A DNA stretch of 64,000 bases from positions 1-64,000 of the forward strand of contig JBDROZ010000042.1 in NCBI GenBank assembly GCA_043809585.1, written 5' to 3'. The translations under genes were made by a program, and so were the position numbers. Below the pieces are notes generated by a model. That model made no database searches, was not told the DNA's origin, and worked only from the letters and a program-made list of their open reading frames with translations. The number at the start of each line of letters is the position of its first letter. Positions within the stretch are counted from its first letter, which is position 1. Source of the DNA: Candidatus Eiseniibacteriota bacterium. GTDB lineage: Bacteria; Orphanbacterota; Orphanbacteria; Orphanbacterales; Orphanbacteraceae. Below are positions 11,231 through 21,152 of the stretch, piece after piece.

Positions 11231-11383
11231 GATCCGATGATCGGCAATGAGGAGATTTTCTGTAGAAGTCCCACGGGGGAGAAGGGCCGGCGCAAAAAAA
11301 AGGGGCCGGACGATTGCCCCGCCGAGCGTCCCCGCGTTTTTCCCCTCCGTCCCAGCGGCCGCCATGCTCTTCCGCCGCGGGGC

Positions 11384-12571
11384 TCAGTGCGCGGAGAGGG
11401 CCGCTTCCTCGACTTTGACCTGCTGCACGTGGACACGCACGGTTTCGGGTATGCTTCCCTGGCGATAGAAGTTGGCGAGCCGGCCGGCGAAGGCCGGGTT
11501 CACCTCCTGTCCCTTGGTGGCCACGAGAATCCCTCCCGCCGTGCGGATGTCTTCGGCGAGAACCATCCCGTTCTTGAGGTTCTCCGTAGGAATGGAGCGG
11601 ATCACTTTCTGGTATTCGGGCAGGTGCACGCGGGAGGCCGCCTCGAGCACGGCGGGGTGATAGCGGTCCTTCTTCGCCTGGAACGACCTCACCGCCTCCC
11701 CGAGGTCGGTTCCGGAGCCGATGGCCCGGTCGAGATCGATCGATGCTCTCAGGATCCGCCCGCCGAGCACTTCCGGCGCCGTCTCCGCCACCGTCGATCC
11801 GGTGGCGGAATCGTGATCCTCGTTCTGGCGGCCGATCATCCCGGCCACGACCATGAGCCGCGGGATGCGCTCGATCAGGCTCTTCGCAATCTCCGGCGCC
11901 GCCGCGGCCATCGCCCGCTCCGTCTCGTCGAGTTCCTCTCCGCTGATCAGCTTCTCGAGGGTCTCCGCCGGAAGGGTGACGTGACCCACCTGGGAGAGCA
12001 TGGCCGCCACGTCGTACTGCCACCGGTCCGCGAGTCCCAGGGTCTCGGCGATCTGGGAGGCGTAGTGCTTGACCCGGAGGGCGGTGCTGAACGCGTCCGG
12101 GTTGGTGAGAGAGAGGATGTCGGTGAGGATCTTGATGCTGCCGGTGAGCGTGTTTTCGAGAAGCTCCTGCTCGGCCGTGAGGAGACGATACTGCTCCAGC
12201 CCGTCGTCGAGGGCGCGGCCGAGCACATCCGGCGTCGCCGGCTTCGTGAGAAAGCGGAAGATGTTCCCCTCGTTCACGGCGTTCATCGCCGTCCCCTGGT
12301 CCGAGAGCCCGGTCAGCATGATGCGAACCGTGAAGGGATACGTCTCCCGCACTTTCGTCAGGAGTTGGATCCCGTCCATGCCGGGCATGCGCATGTCCGA
12401 GACCACCACGGCGAACGGTCCCTTCTCCGCGAGCGCCTTGACGCCCTCCTCGCTTCCCCATGCGGTCTCGACGTCGTATTTCTTGCGGAGCTGGCGGCGC
12501 ACCGCTTCCAAGACGTTCATGTCGTCGTCGACAAAGAGGACCTTTTTGCTCACCGTCGGTTCCCTCTTCAT
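11384..12571 (-). CDS. Response regulator with HD/HDOD-like output domain
   Basis: VLFVDDD, SDMRMPGMDG, FLTKP receiver; AAMLSQVG degenerate HD region. Confidence 0.8.
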   Translation of the reverse strand: MKREPTVSKKVLFVDDDMNVLEAVRRQLRKKYDVETAWGSEEGVKALAEKGPFAVVVSDMRMPGMDGIQLLTKVRETYPFTVRIMLTGLSDQGTAMNAVNEGNIFRFLTKPATPDVLGRALDDGLEQYRLLTAEQELLENTLTGSIKILTDILSLTNPDAFSTALRVKHYASQIAETLGLADRWQYDVAAMLSQVGHVTLPAETLEKLISGEELDETERAMAAAAPEIAKSLIERIPRLMVVAGMIGRQNEDHDSATGSTVAETAPEVLGGRILRASIDLDRAIGSGTDLGEAVRSFQAKKDRYHPAVLEAASRVHLPEYQKVIRSIPTENLKNGMVLAEDIRTAGGILVATKGQEVNPAFAGRLANFYRQGSIPETVRVHVQQVKVEEAALSAH

Positions 12572-12589
12572 TTCGGCCGGAGGCCGCTG

Positions 12590-13840
12590 TCATCCCGTGG
12601 CGCCGCCCGCCGTCGTTTCCGCTTCTTCTCTCCGGTCGAACGGCTCGCAGAGATTCCGCCACGAGTCGGGACGGTCCGAGAGCCGGATCGATTCCAAATA
12701 CTCTTCATCGAACAGCGGCGCGTCTCCCAGGGGGCCGGCCGCCCGTGTCTCGTATTCGATCACGTTCGCCGCGTGGACCGCCGTCAGGGCGCTGAACACG
12801 GCGCAGAGGCTCTGTCTCGGCGCGTGGTGGAAGACGGCCGCCTCGACCACCGGGTCGGGGAATCCCCACAGGCCGAGAAGGTAGGCGCCCACCGACGAGT
12901 GGGTGGCACCGAACTCCTCCTTTTCCGCCTTCAGAAGAGAAACCCCTTCGTCCCGCACCCTTCCGATCACGGTCCGGTAGCGGTCCGGCATGTTCGCCAT
13001 GAGGATGAGCCGCCCCATGTCGTGGAGGGCGCCCGCGAGGAAGGCGTGGTCGGATATGCTCCTTTCCGAGGTCTCGGCCCTCGCGATGGCCCGCGCGAAG
13101 CTGGCTACCGACAGGCTGTGGTGATGAAGCGTCTCCACCGAAAGTCCAGGGAAATGGGGGGCGTTCGCCTCGGAGAAGACATGCACCACGAGGACCAACG
13201 ACTTCATGAGGTCGAGCCCGAGAAGGCTGACCGCATGGGCCGGGCTGGTCACGGGGGAACTCAGTCCGAAGAAAGCCGAATTCACGAGTTGCAGAATCTT
13301 GGCGCTCATGGCCACGTCCTGCTCGATCAGCTCGCCGACGCGCCGGACGGACGCGTCCTCGGAGGAGAGTTCGTCCTGCACCCGGACGAACAGGTCGGGA
13401 AGGCTCGGCAGGGAGTTGATCTGAGAGACGAGCTCCTTCAGTTCCTTGCTCTTGAGGACGCCGCGGAGGGCGAAGGCGCGGGCGATGGTGCTCTTGAGGA
13501 TGTCCGCGTCGCACGGCTTCGACATGTACTGGTGGGCCGGGCCGATGGAGCGGAGAATCGTTTCATTGTCCGACTGGCCGGAAAGGACGAAGCGGATCGT
13601 CTCGGGCCAGCGGGCGATCACCGCCTTCAGGAGTTCGGCCCCGTCCATGGTCGGCATGCGCATGTCGCTGACGACCACGTCGTAGGGTTGTACTTCCATC
13701 GATTGGAGGGCTTCGCCGCCTGTGGTGACGAAGGCCATGTCCCACTCGTTGCGCATCGGACGGAGCATGCGACGAAGGCCGTCGAGCACGTTGGTCTCGT
13801 CGTCGACGAATATGATCCGCTTCTTCTTCTCTTCCGTCAC
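12590..13840 (-). CDS. Response regulator with HDOD domain
   Basis: Receiver motifs plus LPSLP, KILQLVNSAFFG, LHDMGRL, LLGLWGFP. Confidence 0.85.
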   Translation of the reverse strand: MTEEKKKRIIFVDDETNVLDGLRRMLRPMRNEWDMAFVTTGGEALQSMEVQPYDVVVSDMRMPTMDGAELLKAVIARWPETIRFVLSGQSDNETILRSIGPAHQYMSKPCDADILKSTIARAFALRGVLKSKELKELVSQINSLPSLPDLFVRVQDELSSEDASVRRVGELIEQDVAMSAKILQLVNSAFFGLSSPVTSPAHAVSLLGLDLMKSLVLVVHVFSEANAPHFPGLSVETLHHHSLSVASFARAIARAETSERSISDHAFLAGALHDMGRLILMANMPDRYRTVIGRVRDEGVSLLKAEKEEFGATHSSVGAYLLGLWGFPDPVVEAAVFHHAPRQSLCAVFSALTAVHAANVIEYETRAAGPLGDAPLFDEEYLESIRLSDRPDSWRNLCEPFDRREEAETTAGGATG

Positions 13841-13859
13841 GGTCCGTCTCCGGATCGGG

Positions 13860-15647
13860 TCATTCGTCTTCCGCCCGCCTGAGGGGCAGTCGGACGATGA
13901 AGGTCGTCCCTTTTCCCGTTTCTGTTTCGAACGTCACTTCACCCTGGTGCTTGTTCACCACCGAGTTGTGGATGATGGCGAGCCCCTGGCCCGTCCCGCG
14001 CCCCACCGGTTTGGTCGTGAAGAAGGGATCGAAGATCTTCTTCCGGACATTCTCGGGGATGCCGCCCCCCGTGTCGGCGACCCGGATCTCGGCATGATCG
14101 CCGGCGAGCTTCGTGGAGATCCGGATCTTGCCCTTTTCGCCCTTCTCCGTGTCGATGACATCGCCGATCGCGTGGGCCGCGTTCGTGACGAGGTTCAAGA
14201 TGACCTGGTTGATCTCGCCGGGCAGGCAGACGACGGGGGGGAGGGCCGGGTCGAACTCTGTTTCCACGTCGGCCACGTACTTCCACTCGTTCTTGGCGAC
14301 GGTGACCGTGTTCTCGACCGCCTTGGTCAAATCGCAAACCGTCATTTCGGCCCCGTCGGGATGGGAAAACTCCTTCATGGCCCGCACGATGCTCGAAACG
14401 CGCGAGATCCCGTCCGAAGACTGCTCGATCGCCTTCGGGAGTTCGTCGATCAGATATTCGACATCCGCCGCTTCCCGGGCGCTCTCCACTTCGGCGATCA
14501 CGTCCTGGGTGACGGCGCTCTCTCTCGCCGCCCGGAGGAGGCGGTCGTAGGCACCGAGTAGGTTCGTGAGGTCGCCGACCGAATCGCGAAGGAAGGTCAG
14601 GTTGTCCCCGACGAACTGGGCGGGGGTGTTGATCTCGTGGGCGATCCCGGCGGCGAGGGACCCGATGGATTCCATCTTCTGGGCGTGAATGAGCTGGCTC
14701 TCGAGCGTCCGCCGCTCGGTGATCTCTTCGCCGACGAGCAGGTAGCCGGTCGGCTTCTCCGGGGAAGCGTGGAAGGGGTTCAGCGTGATGTCGAGAGAGC
14801 ATTCCTTCCCGTCCCGGCGCGTGTAGGAAAACGGATGGATGCGCGCCCTCTCTCTCGTCCGGCGGCAGTGCTCCACCTGCCGGTTGAACTCGTCCCAATC
14901 CCAATCGAGGGGCGCCTCCCGGAACCGCCGCCCGGCCATCTCGCCCTCCTCGACGCCGAAGACCTCCTCCGCCGGCCGGTTCCAGTGGGTCACACGGTCG
15001 TTCTCGCCGACCCCGACGAGAATCACGGGGATCGACGAGAGGAGGTAGGCGGTCTGGGCGTGGGCCTCCCGGAGCTCCCGCACGTCCGCGACGCGCTGGA
15101 GAATCATCCCGGTCGTGCCGAGGTAGGTCTCCACCACGTTTTCGAGGGGGAGTTCCCGCCCCGGCGGCATGTCGACCCCGAACAGGGCCACGAGGGAGCC
15201 GTCCCGGACGCACGAAAGCGTGTACCGGGCGCCGGTCTTCCGCTCCCGCAAGATCGCGGCGGGTTCCGAGTCGGGAAAGAGCGAAGCGAGGCAGGGACGC
15301 CGGTCGTCGCACGGGCGAATGACCCGCTTCCGGAGATCCTCCGCCCACTCGGGCAGTACGGTGATCCTGTGGGCGGGGTCCGGGCCGAGCCGCACGGGCG
15401 GCGCGTCCATTCCGTAATCAACCACTTCGAGCCGGAGCGAGTTCTTCGGGTGGTCGTGGGTCGCGACCGCGACGCTCTCGGCGCCGCACAGTTTCCGGAG
15501 ATTCCGGCAGAGGATTTCGAGGATCTCCCCTTCCGAAACGCCCTCCACTTCGCAGACCGTGTCGTAAAGAACCCGATACGCCCGGTTCCGGTGATCGAGG
15601 ATCCCGTCGGTCCGGCCGCTGGTCACGGCCGCCGTTTCGTCCGCCAT
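13860..15647 (-). CDS. PAS-domain sensor histidine kinase
   Basis: AHEINTP H-box, NLVTNAAHA N-box, DTGGGI, FDPFFTTK, GTGQGL; PAS segment WNRPAEEVFG. Confidence 0.9.
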   Translation of the reverse strand: MADETAAVTSGRTDGILDHRNRAYRVLYDTVCEVEGVSEGEILEILCRNLRKLCGAESVAVATHDHPKNSLRLEVVDYGMDAPPVRLGPDPAHRITVLPEWAEDLRKRVIRPCDDRRPCLASLFPDSEPAAILRERKTGARYTLSCVRDGSLVALFGVDMPPGRELPLENVVETYLGTTGMILQRVADVRELREAHAQTAYLLSSIPVILVGVGENDRVTHWNRPAEEVFGVEEGEMAGRRFREAPLDWDWDEFNRQVEHCRRTRERARIHPFSYTRRDGKECSLDITLNPFHASPEKPTGYLLVGEEITERRTLESQLIHAQKMESIGSLAAGIAHEINTPAQFVGDNLTFLRDSVGDLTNLLGAYDRLLRAARESAVTQDVIAEVESAREAADVEYLIDELPKAIEQSSDGISRVSSIVRAMKEFSHPDGAEMTVCDLTKAVENTVTVAKNEWKYVADVETEFDPALPPVVCLPGEINQVILNLVTNAAHAIGDVIDTEKGEKGKIRISTKLAGDHAEIRVADTGGGIPENVRKKIFDPFFTTKPVGRGTGQGLAIIHNSVVNKHQGEVTFETETGKGTTFIVRLPLRRAEDE

Positions 15648-15882
15648 GGTCTCCTCCGTCCGCTCGCGCTTCCGTCCGTCGATGAACCGGTGCGCGCTCC
15701 CCGCGTCGGAGAGCGAGGAGGGCTGAAAGCTCCGCGGCCGGCGCGGATCTCTCCGATTCAATCTACTCGGATGATCGGCAGGAGGGGCCGGGGGCAAAAG
15801 AACCAATCGCCGGCCGGTCGAAGGGATGGGGGAATGGGGGAGGGCGCCGGACCTATCCCGGTGCCGTCGCGCGGATTCGGGG

Positions 15883-16545
15883 TCAGATCGGGTCTTCGGC
15901 GGACGCGGCGCCGGCGGGGCTCGTCTCGCCGCTCCCGCTCTTCTCGTCGGCCTCGTCGTCGTCGGGATAGTACTTCTCGAGACACTCGGGGCAGAGGCTG
16001 TGGCTGAACTGGGCTTCCGAGTGCGCCTCGATGTAACTGTCGATCCGGTCCCAGCTTTCCGTGTCGTTACGGATCTTGTGGCAATGCATGCAGATCGGAA
16101 GAATGCCCTGGAGGGTCTCGATGTGCTGGGACGCTTCCTCGAGCTCCCGCACCCGCTCGGCGATGGTGTGTTGAAGCTCGACCACCCGGCACCCGACCCC
16201 GATGCGCGCCCGGAGCTCGCCCGGGTCGAAGGGTTTCACGAGGTAGTCACTGGCGCCCGCCTCGAGGCCTTCGATGATGTCGCTCTTCTCCGACTTCGCC
16301 GTCAGAAGAATGATATAGACCGGCTCCGACGTTTCGATCTCCCGGAGCTTCCGGCAGAGATCGACGCCGTCCATATGGGGCATCATCCAATCGAGGATCA
16401 CCAGCTTCGGGGCGTTCTCTTTCTGAAGGCCCTCCCACGCCTCTTTGCCGTCGCAGGCGATTTCCACTTCGAAGCCCTGCTTCTTCAGGGTTACTTCGAG
16501 GGTGCGTCGCGAGACGAGGTCGTCGTCGGCAATGAAGACCCGCAT
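15883..16545 (-). CDS. Response regulator (receiver plus C-terminal Cys/His cluster)
   Basis: LDWMMPHMDG, DYLVKPF; LPICMHCHKIR...SHSLCPEC. Confidence 0.85.
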   Translation of the reverse strand: MRVFIADDDLVSRRTLEVTLKKQGFEVEIACDGKEAWEGLQKENAPKLVILDWMMPHMDGVDLCRKLREIETSEPVYIILLTAKSEKSDIIEGLEAGASDYLVKPFDPGELRARIGVGCRVVELQHTIAERVRELEEASQHIETLQGILPICMHCHKIRNDTESWDRIDSYIEAHSEAQFSHSLCPECLEKYYPDDDEADEKSGSGETSPAGAASAEDPI

Positions 16546-16727
16546 GGAAATCCCTCCTGACCGAGAGGTTCGGTACCTGCCGCCGGACGCACCGATGCGT
16601 CCGCCTGTTTCTTCCTCCGAGGATCGGCCGGCCCGGAAGGTCCTTGAGGGCCGAAAAGCAGGGCCCCGGCCGGAGGGCCGGGGCTCGGGAAGTTCCGTTC
16701 AGATCAAAGAAGTTGCGCGGGCCGGCG

Positions 16728-17657
16728 TCAGTCCCCGTAGACCGGAAGGCACCAGTCCCTGTATCGGGGCTCCCGCCCGCGGACCACGTCGTCGTAAAGC
16801 GCGACGAGGGCGACGGTGATCGGCCCCGGCCTTCCGCTTCCGATCGGCCGGTCGTCGAGCTCGATCACCGGGACGATGCCCACGCCGGTCCCGCAGAGGA
16901 ACGCCTCCTCGGCGTGATAGATCTCCGAGCGGTCGATGGAGCGCTCGCGGCAGGGAATGCCCCGGTCCGCCGCGAGCTGCATGAAGGTCATGCGGCGGAT
17001 GCCTTCGAGAATGTTGTCCGTGACGGGGGGCGTGAGGAGCGCGCCCTCCCTCACGATGAAGAGGTTGGCCGCGCTCGCCTCGGCCACGTGACCGTCGGCG
17101 TTCAGAAGCAGGGCGTCGTCATAGCCGCTCGTGACCGCGTCGGTCTTGGCGAGGGCCGAGTTCACGTAGGCCCCGACGAACTTCCCCCGCGCGGGAATCG
17201 CGTTGTCGTCGATCCGGCGCCACGAAGAAGTGCGCAGGCGGCACCCGCCGGGCTTGTCGATGTAGGCGCCGAAGGGGATCGCGAAGATCGTCGCGTCGCA
17301 GTCGAGATTGTGAAGCTTCACGCCGATCACTTCGCTCGACTTGTAGGCGAGGGGGCGGATGTACGTGTCGGTCCGGTACCCCTCGCGGCGGATGAGGTCG
17401 ACCGTGATCTCGGAGAGCCGGTCCGCCGAGTAGGGCAGGTCCATCAGCAGGACCCGGGCGTTCCGGAGAAAGCGCTCGTAGTGCTCCCGGAGCCGGAAGA
17501 GGTAGAGCTCCTCGGTCCGGTCGCACCAGTAGGCCCGGATTCCCTCGAAGACCCCGAGCCCGTAGTTCAGGGCCGCGGTCATGACGCCGATCCGGGCCTC
17601 CTCGATCGGTACGATCTCCCCCTTGAAAAAGGCGAAGCGGTTCTTCGTCGACGACAC
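16728..17657 (-). CDS. ilvE: Branched-chain amino acid aminotransferase
   Basis: LNYGLGVFEGIRAY, YIRPLAY, GKFVGAYVNS, ILEGIRR, EAFLCGTG. Confidence 0.9.
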   Translation of the reverse strand: MSSTKNRFAFFKGEIVPIEEARIGVMTAALNYGLGVFEGIRAYWCDRTEELYLFRLREHYERFLRNARVLLMDLPYSADRLSEITVDLIRREGYRTDTYIRPLAYKSSEVIGVKLHNLDCDATIFAIPFGAYIDKPGGCRLRTSSWRRIDDNAIPARGKFVGAYVNSALAKTDAVTSGYDDALLLNADGHVAEASAANLFIVREGALLTPPVTDNILEGIRRMTFMQLAADRGIPCRERSIDRSEIYHAEEAFLCGTGVGIVPVIELDDRPIGSGRPGPITVALVALYDDVVRGREPRYRDWCLPVYGD

Positions 17658-17732
17658 GGTGGCGTGCCTCCTTTCTATGGGATGTTCGATGGGAACGGCG
17701 ATTCCCCTGCCGGGCCGACCGGGGCCCGATCC

Positions 17733-19223
17733 TCAGACGATCGGGCTCGCCGGCGCCTCCTCGGAAGGCGCGGGCTTCCGCACCCCCCGCTTCTGTATCG
17801 ACCTCGACGCGGCGCCGAGGCGCCTCACTCCCTCCTCGATCGTTTCCAGGCCGTGGGACGCGAAGTTCAGCCGGATCCGGTCCCGCCCCTGGCCGTCGGG
17901 GCAGAAGATCTCGCCGGTGATGAACGAGACCTTCTTGCGGAGCGACTCCCGGAGGAGCTCCCTCGCCCCGATTCCCCGGGGGAGGCGGCACCAGAGGAAG
18001 TAGCCCCCCTCGGGAATCGTGAACTCGAAACGGGGACAGTGGCGCCCGAGGGAATTCGCCATGCGGTCCCGCCGCCGTCCGTACTCGCGCCGGACCTTCT
18101 CGAGGTGCCGATCGAGAAGACCGCGCCGGCAGAACTCGTACACCACGGCCTGGGCGTGGGAGTTCGTGAAGAGATCCTGAAGGTACTTGGCCGGCGTGAT
18201 CGCATCGATGACCCGTTTCGGCGCCGCCATCCAGCCGACCCGGAGACCGGGGAAGAGGATCTTCGAAAACGAGCTCAGGTGGATGACGAATCCTTGGGTG
18301 TCCAGTTCCTTCAGGGTCGGCACGGGATTCCCTTCGTAGCGGAGGGGGGTGTACGGATCGTCCTCCACGATGGGCACCCCGTACCGGTAAGCCAGATCGA
18401 GCAGCCGCCGCCGGCTTTCGAGAGGCATGGTCGATCCCGTCGGGTTTTGGAAGGTGGGTACGGTGTAGATGAACTTCGGGGGCGTCCGGGAGAGGACGCT
18501 CTCGAGGATGTCCAGATCCATGCCGCCGTGGTTCACCGGCACCGCGGCGAGCCGGGCGCCCGCCCCGCGGAAGGCCTGAATCGCGCCGAGGTAGGTGGGG
18601 GACCCGACGGCCACCGTGTCTCCCGGCTCGATCAGGGCGCGGGCGACGAGGAAGATCCCCTGGGACGAGCCGCTCAGAATCATCACCTCGCCGGGCGCGG
18701 TGTTGGTGAAGCGGTCGGCCAGGGCCTTGCGGAGCGGTTCGTAGCCGAGGGTGTCGCACCAGTAGAGGAGGGAGCGGCCTCCCCCCTCGAGCACGGCCCG
18801 GGCGATGTCGGCCAGCTCGTCCATGGGGAAAAGGTCGGGCGCGGGAAGTCCCGCGGCGAGGGAGATGACGTCTTCCCGGGCGAGGAGGCGGACGAGATCC
18901 CGTACTTCGCCGTCCGCCTGCTCCCGGCCGGCCGCGAAAAGGGCCCCCCACGGCGGCGACGGGACCGGCGCGCCGGCCGCCGCGACCGACGGCCGCACCA
19001 CGGTCCCCCGGCCGACGAACCCCTCGGTGAGCCCCTCGGACCAGAGGGTCTGGTACGCCTGCACCACGGTGCTCCGGTTGACGCCGAGGGCTTCCGCCAT
19101 CTTCCTGCTGGCGGGGAGCCTCGCCCCCGCGGGAATGGCGCCCCTCAAGATTCGCTCCCGGAGACCGCGGGCGATCTGCAGATGAAGGGGGGTGGGGCTT
19201 CCGCGCTCCAGGTCGAGGTTCAC
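17733..19223 (-). CDS. MocR/GabR-family transcriptional regulator (GntR HTH plus PLP aminotransferase domain)
   Basis: LPASRKMAEALGVNRSTVVQAY; FQNPTG, EDDPY, SFSKILFPGLRVGW. Confidence 0.9.
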   Translation of the reverse strand: MNLDLERGSPTPLHLQIARGLRERILRGAIPAGARLPASRKMAEALGVNRSTVVQAYQTLWSEGLTEGFVGRGTVVRPSVAAAGAPVPSPPWGALFAAGREQADGEVRDLVRLLAREDVISLAAGLPAPDLFPMDELADIARAVLEGGGRSLLYWCDTLGYEPLRKALADRFTNTAPGEVMILSGSSQGIFLVARALIEPGDTVAVGSPTYLGAIQAFRGAGARLAAVPVNHGGMDLDILESVLSRTPPKFIYTVPTFQNPTGSTMPLESRRRLLDLAYRYGVPIVEDDPYTPLRYEGNPVPTLKELDTQGFVIHLSSFSKILFPGLRVGWMAAPKRVIDAITPAKYLQDLFTNSHAQAVVYEFCRRGLLDRHLEKVRREYGRRRDRMANSLGRHCPRFEFTIPEGGYFLWCRLPRGIGARELLRESLRKKVSFITGEIFCPDGQGRDRIRLNFASHGLETIEEGVRRLGAASRSIQKRGVRKPAPSEEAPASPIV

Positions 19224-19234
19224 GGCGGTCTCCT

Positions 19235-19314
19235 ATTGGATCGTTCCAATCGTCAGTATACAGGAGATCTCACGGCGATCAACGGCCAATTGGTTGGCAT
19301 ATTGACCATCCAAT
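19235..19314. promoter_or_regulatory. Candidate MocR operator repeats
   Basis: ATTGGA-tcgt-TCCAAT (19235-19250), CCAATTGG (19286-19293) and ATTG-n6-CAAT (19301-19314) around a minus-strand TATACT. Confidence 0.45.
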
Positions 19315-19577
19315 TCGCCCCGTTCCGGGCTTGCGAAGAGCGGATTTCTTCGGGTATCATAAAAGCGTTGCCATCCACGGTCTTCTATGAGACGCGGAAC
19401 GACCGGCGCCTCCCCGGCCTCGGGCGTCCTTCTTCTTCGGCTTTGTCCAAGACGAAGATCGGGAGGGACCGCGCCGCGCCTGTTCGGCATCGCCTCCCTC
19501 CCGCCGTGAACGAGATCCCGCATGGCTCCCGCCGGGGCCGAACCTCTCCGCGCGGGAAGTAAAGAGGGGAGTAACCC

Positions 19578-20150
19578 ATGAAATCGCGGTCACCGGTCCT
19601 CGCGGTTCTTCTCGCGGCCCTTCTCGCCTTCGCCGCGTGGGCGGATCCGCCGCCCGCCGAAAAGGAGACGAGGTCGGGTGAGCGGATTCCCTCGTCGGTG
19701 ATGAGCGCCGGCGGGCGCGCCGGCGGGAGCGCGAACTACGCCCTCCAGGGCACCCTCGGCCAGCCGACGCCTCCCGGCATCGGCGCGAGCAATAACTACA
19801 TCCTATCCGCGGGCTTCTGGCGGAAGGCCTCGGTCGCGACCCGCGTGCTCGAGGAGCTGCTTCCGCCGGTCTTCCGGAACGCGCTCTATCCGAACGTGCC
19901 GAACCCGTTCAACCCGGTCACGACGCTCCGGTACGAAGTGGAGGGGACGGCGCCCGTGGAGATCGGCGTCTTCGACGTCCGGGGCCGGCTCGTCCGGACC
20001 CTCGTGAATGAAACGATGGGGCCCGGCCGGCACGAAGCGGTCTGGGACGGGCGGACCGACTCGGGGGAGAGCGCTCCGTCCGGCGTCTATCTGTATCGCA
20101 TCCGGATCGGGAGCTTCGGCGACGTCCGGAAGATGGTTCTCGTGAAATAG
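19578..20150 (+). CDS. Small secreted protein with FlgD-Ig/T9SS-like C-terminal domain
   Basis: Signal peptide ending AWA; LYPNVPNPFNPVTTLRY...VFDVRGRLVRTL...WDGR...SGVYLYR...KMVLVK. Confidence 0.8.
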   Translation: MKSRSPVLAVLLAALLAFAAWADPPPAEKETRSGERIPSSVMSAGGRAGGSANYALQGTLGQPTPPGIGASNNYILSAGFWRKASVATRVLEELLPPVFRNALYPNVPNPFNPVTTLRYEVEGTAPVEIGVFDVRGRLVRTLVNETMGPGRHEAVWDGRTDSGESAPSGVYLYRIRIGSFGDVRKMVLVK

Positions 20151-20529
20151 GGCGGGCGGCGCGCCGCTTTTGCTCATAGCACGGGCAGGTCCTGTCCGGG
20201 GCGTGGGTGGGGGGATGGCGGCTCAGACAAGCCGGCCGCGCCTACTCGAGCTTCCGGTGGCCGGCTCGAAGCTCACCGGCGCTCCCGGCAACTCGCCGCT
20301 TCATCCCCCCACCCAACACCCCGGCCACCCGCCCGTGGCTGGGAATGATCAGCAAGGACTGCCGAAAACCCAAGACTATAGTAATTCCTTCCGTCCTGAG
20401 TAGGCCCGAGAGAAGCGAGGGCCGTATCGAAGCCTGTTCTGGGGGGAAATTCGGGGACACGGGGGCTGTTGAAGAACCCCATGATTTTCTGAGGGGAGTT
20501 CCGGGGACGCCATACCGAACAGGGAATTA

Positions 20530-20718
20530 ACCTTGATCTTTCATAAAATCTCGGCTCAAAACGCTGACGCTCGCATGATAGCACGCCATCTGCGACAGTG
20601 CTCGCATTCACCAATGCTCACATATCGTCGGATATGCTCTGCTTGGTGAATGCTGCGCGCTGCCGCATCTGACGCACTCTCACGCGCTTGCTCTCGAGAT
20701 TTTATGGAGAATCAAGGT
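20530..20718. mobile_element. Palindromic MITE-like element, copy 2 (189 bp), TA-flanked
   Basis: Ends ACCTTGATCTT / AGAATCAAGGT, TA on both sides, whole element an imperfect palindrome; inverted copy at 1-180. Confidence 0.85.
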
Positions 20719-21019
20719 TAAGTATTGCGTCCCCCTGATTGCACCGGCCGGCCACGATCATCGGCGGGGCGGGGGGCCGGCTGAGGGAGGGATAGAGGGG
20801 CAGACTTGAACGCTCGTCGCACGGCGGGAAGGAGCCCTCCCATTCTCCGGGCTCGTAGAGGGGACACCCGAGGAAACTGGTACGTGAGAGTGAGTGGGGG
20901 AGATTTAGGCATCATCCTCCGCGCTTCCGCGCTCCGGATGCTTCCTCGCCCACCCACCTCCGCCTGCGGCTCCGGTGGGTACCCGGGCTCGGTCGCCTCC
21001 CGAAGCCGGACCACGGTCC

Positions 21020-21111
21020 CGCCCCCCTCCGGACGGGTATTGCCCACGAGCAGAACTGTTCCAAGGTGCAGAGGAAAAGTCCGAAGAAGTCAGCCACTTT
21101 GGAATAAGTGG
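21020..21111 (+). repeat. Dispersed ~90-bp repeat, family B
   Basis: CCCCTCCGGACGG.TA.TGC..ACGAGCAG..C..TTCCA.GGTGC.GAGGA..AGTCCGA; reverse-complement homolog at about 58970-59058. Confidence 0.7.
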
Positions 21112-21152
21112 TACACAACTTCTCCGGGGTGCAGAGGAGGAATCCGAGCAGG

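Noticed and set aside
9548-13882. 1444-aa plus-strand ORF (and similar long ORFs at 1086-4190, 16644-19562, 53569-56289)
   Set aside because: Shadow frames of well-supported genes in GC-rich DNA; no recognisable motifs
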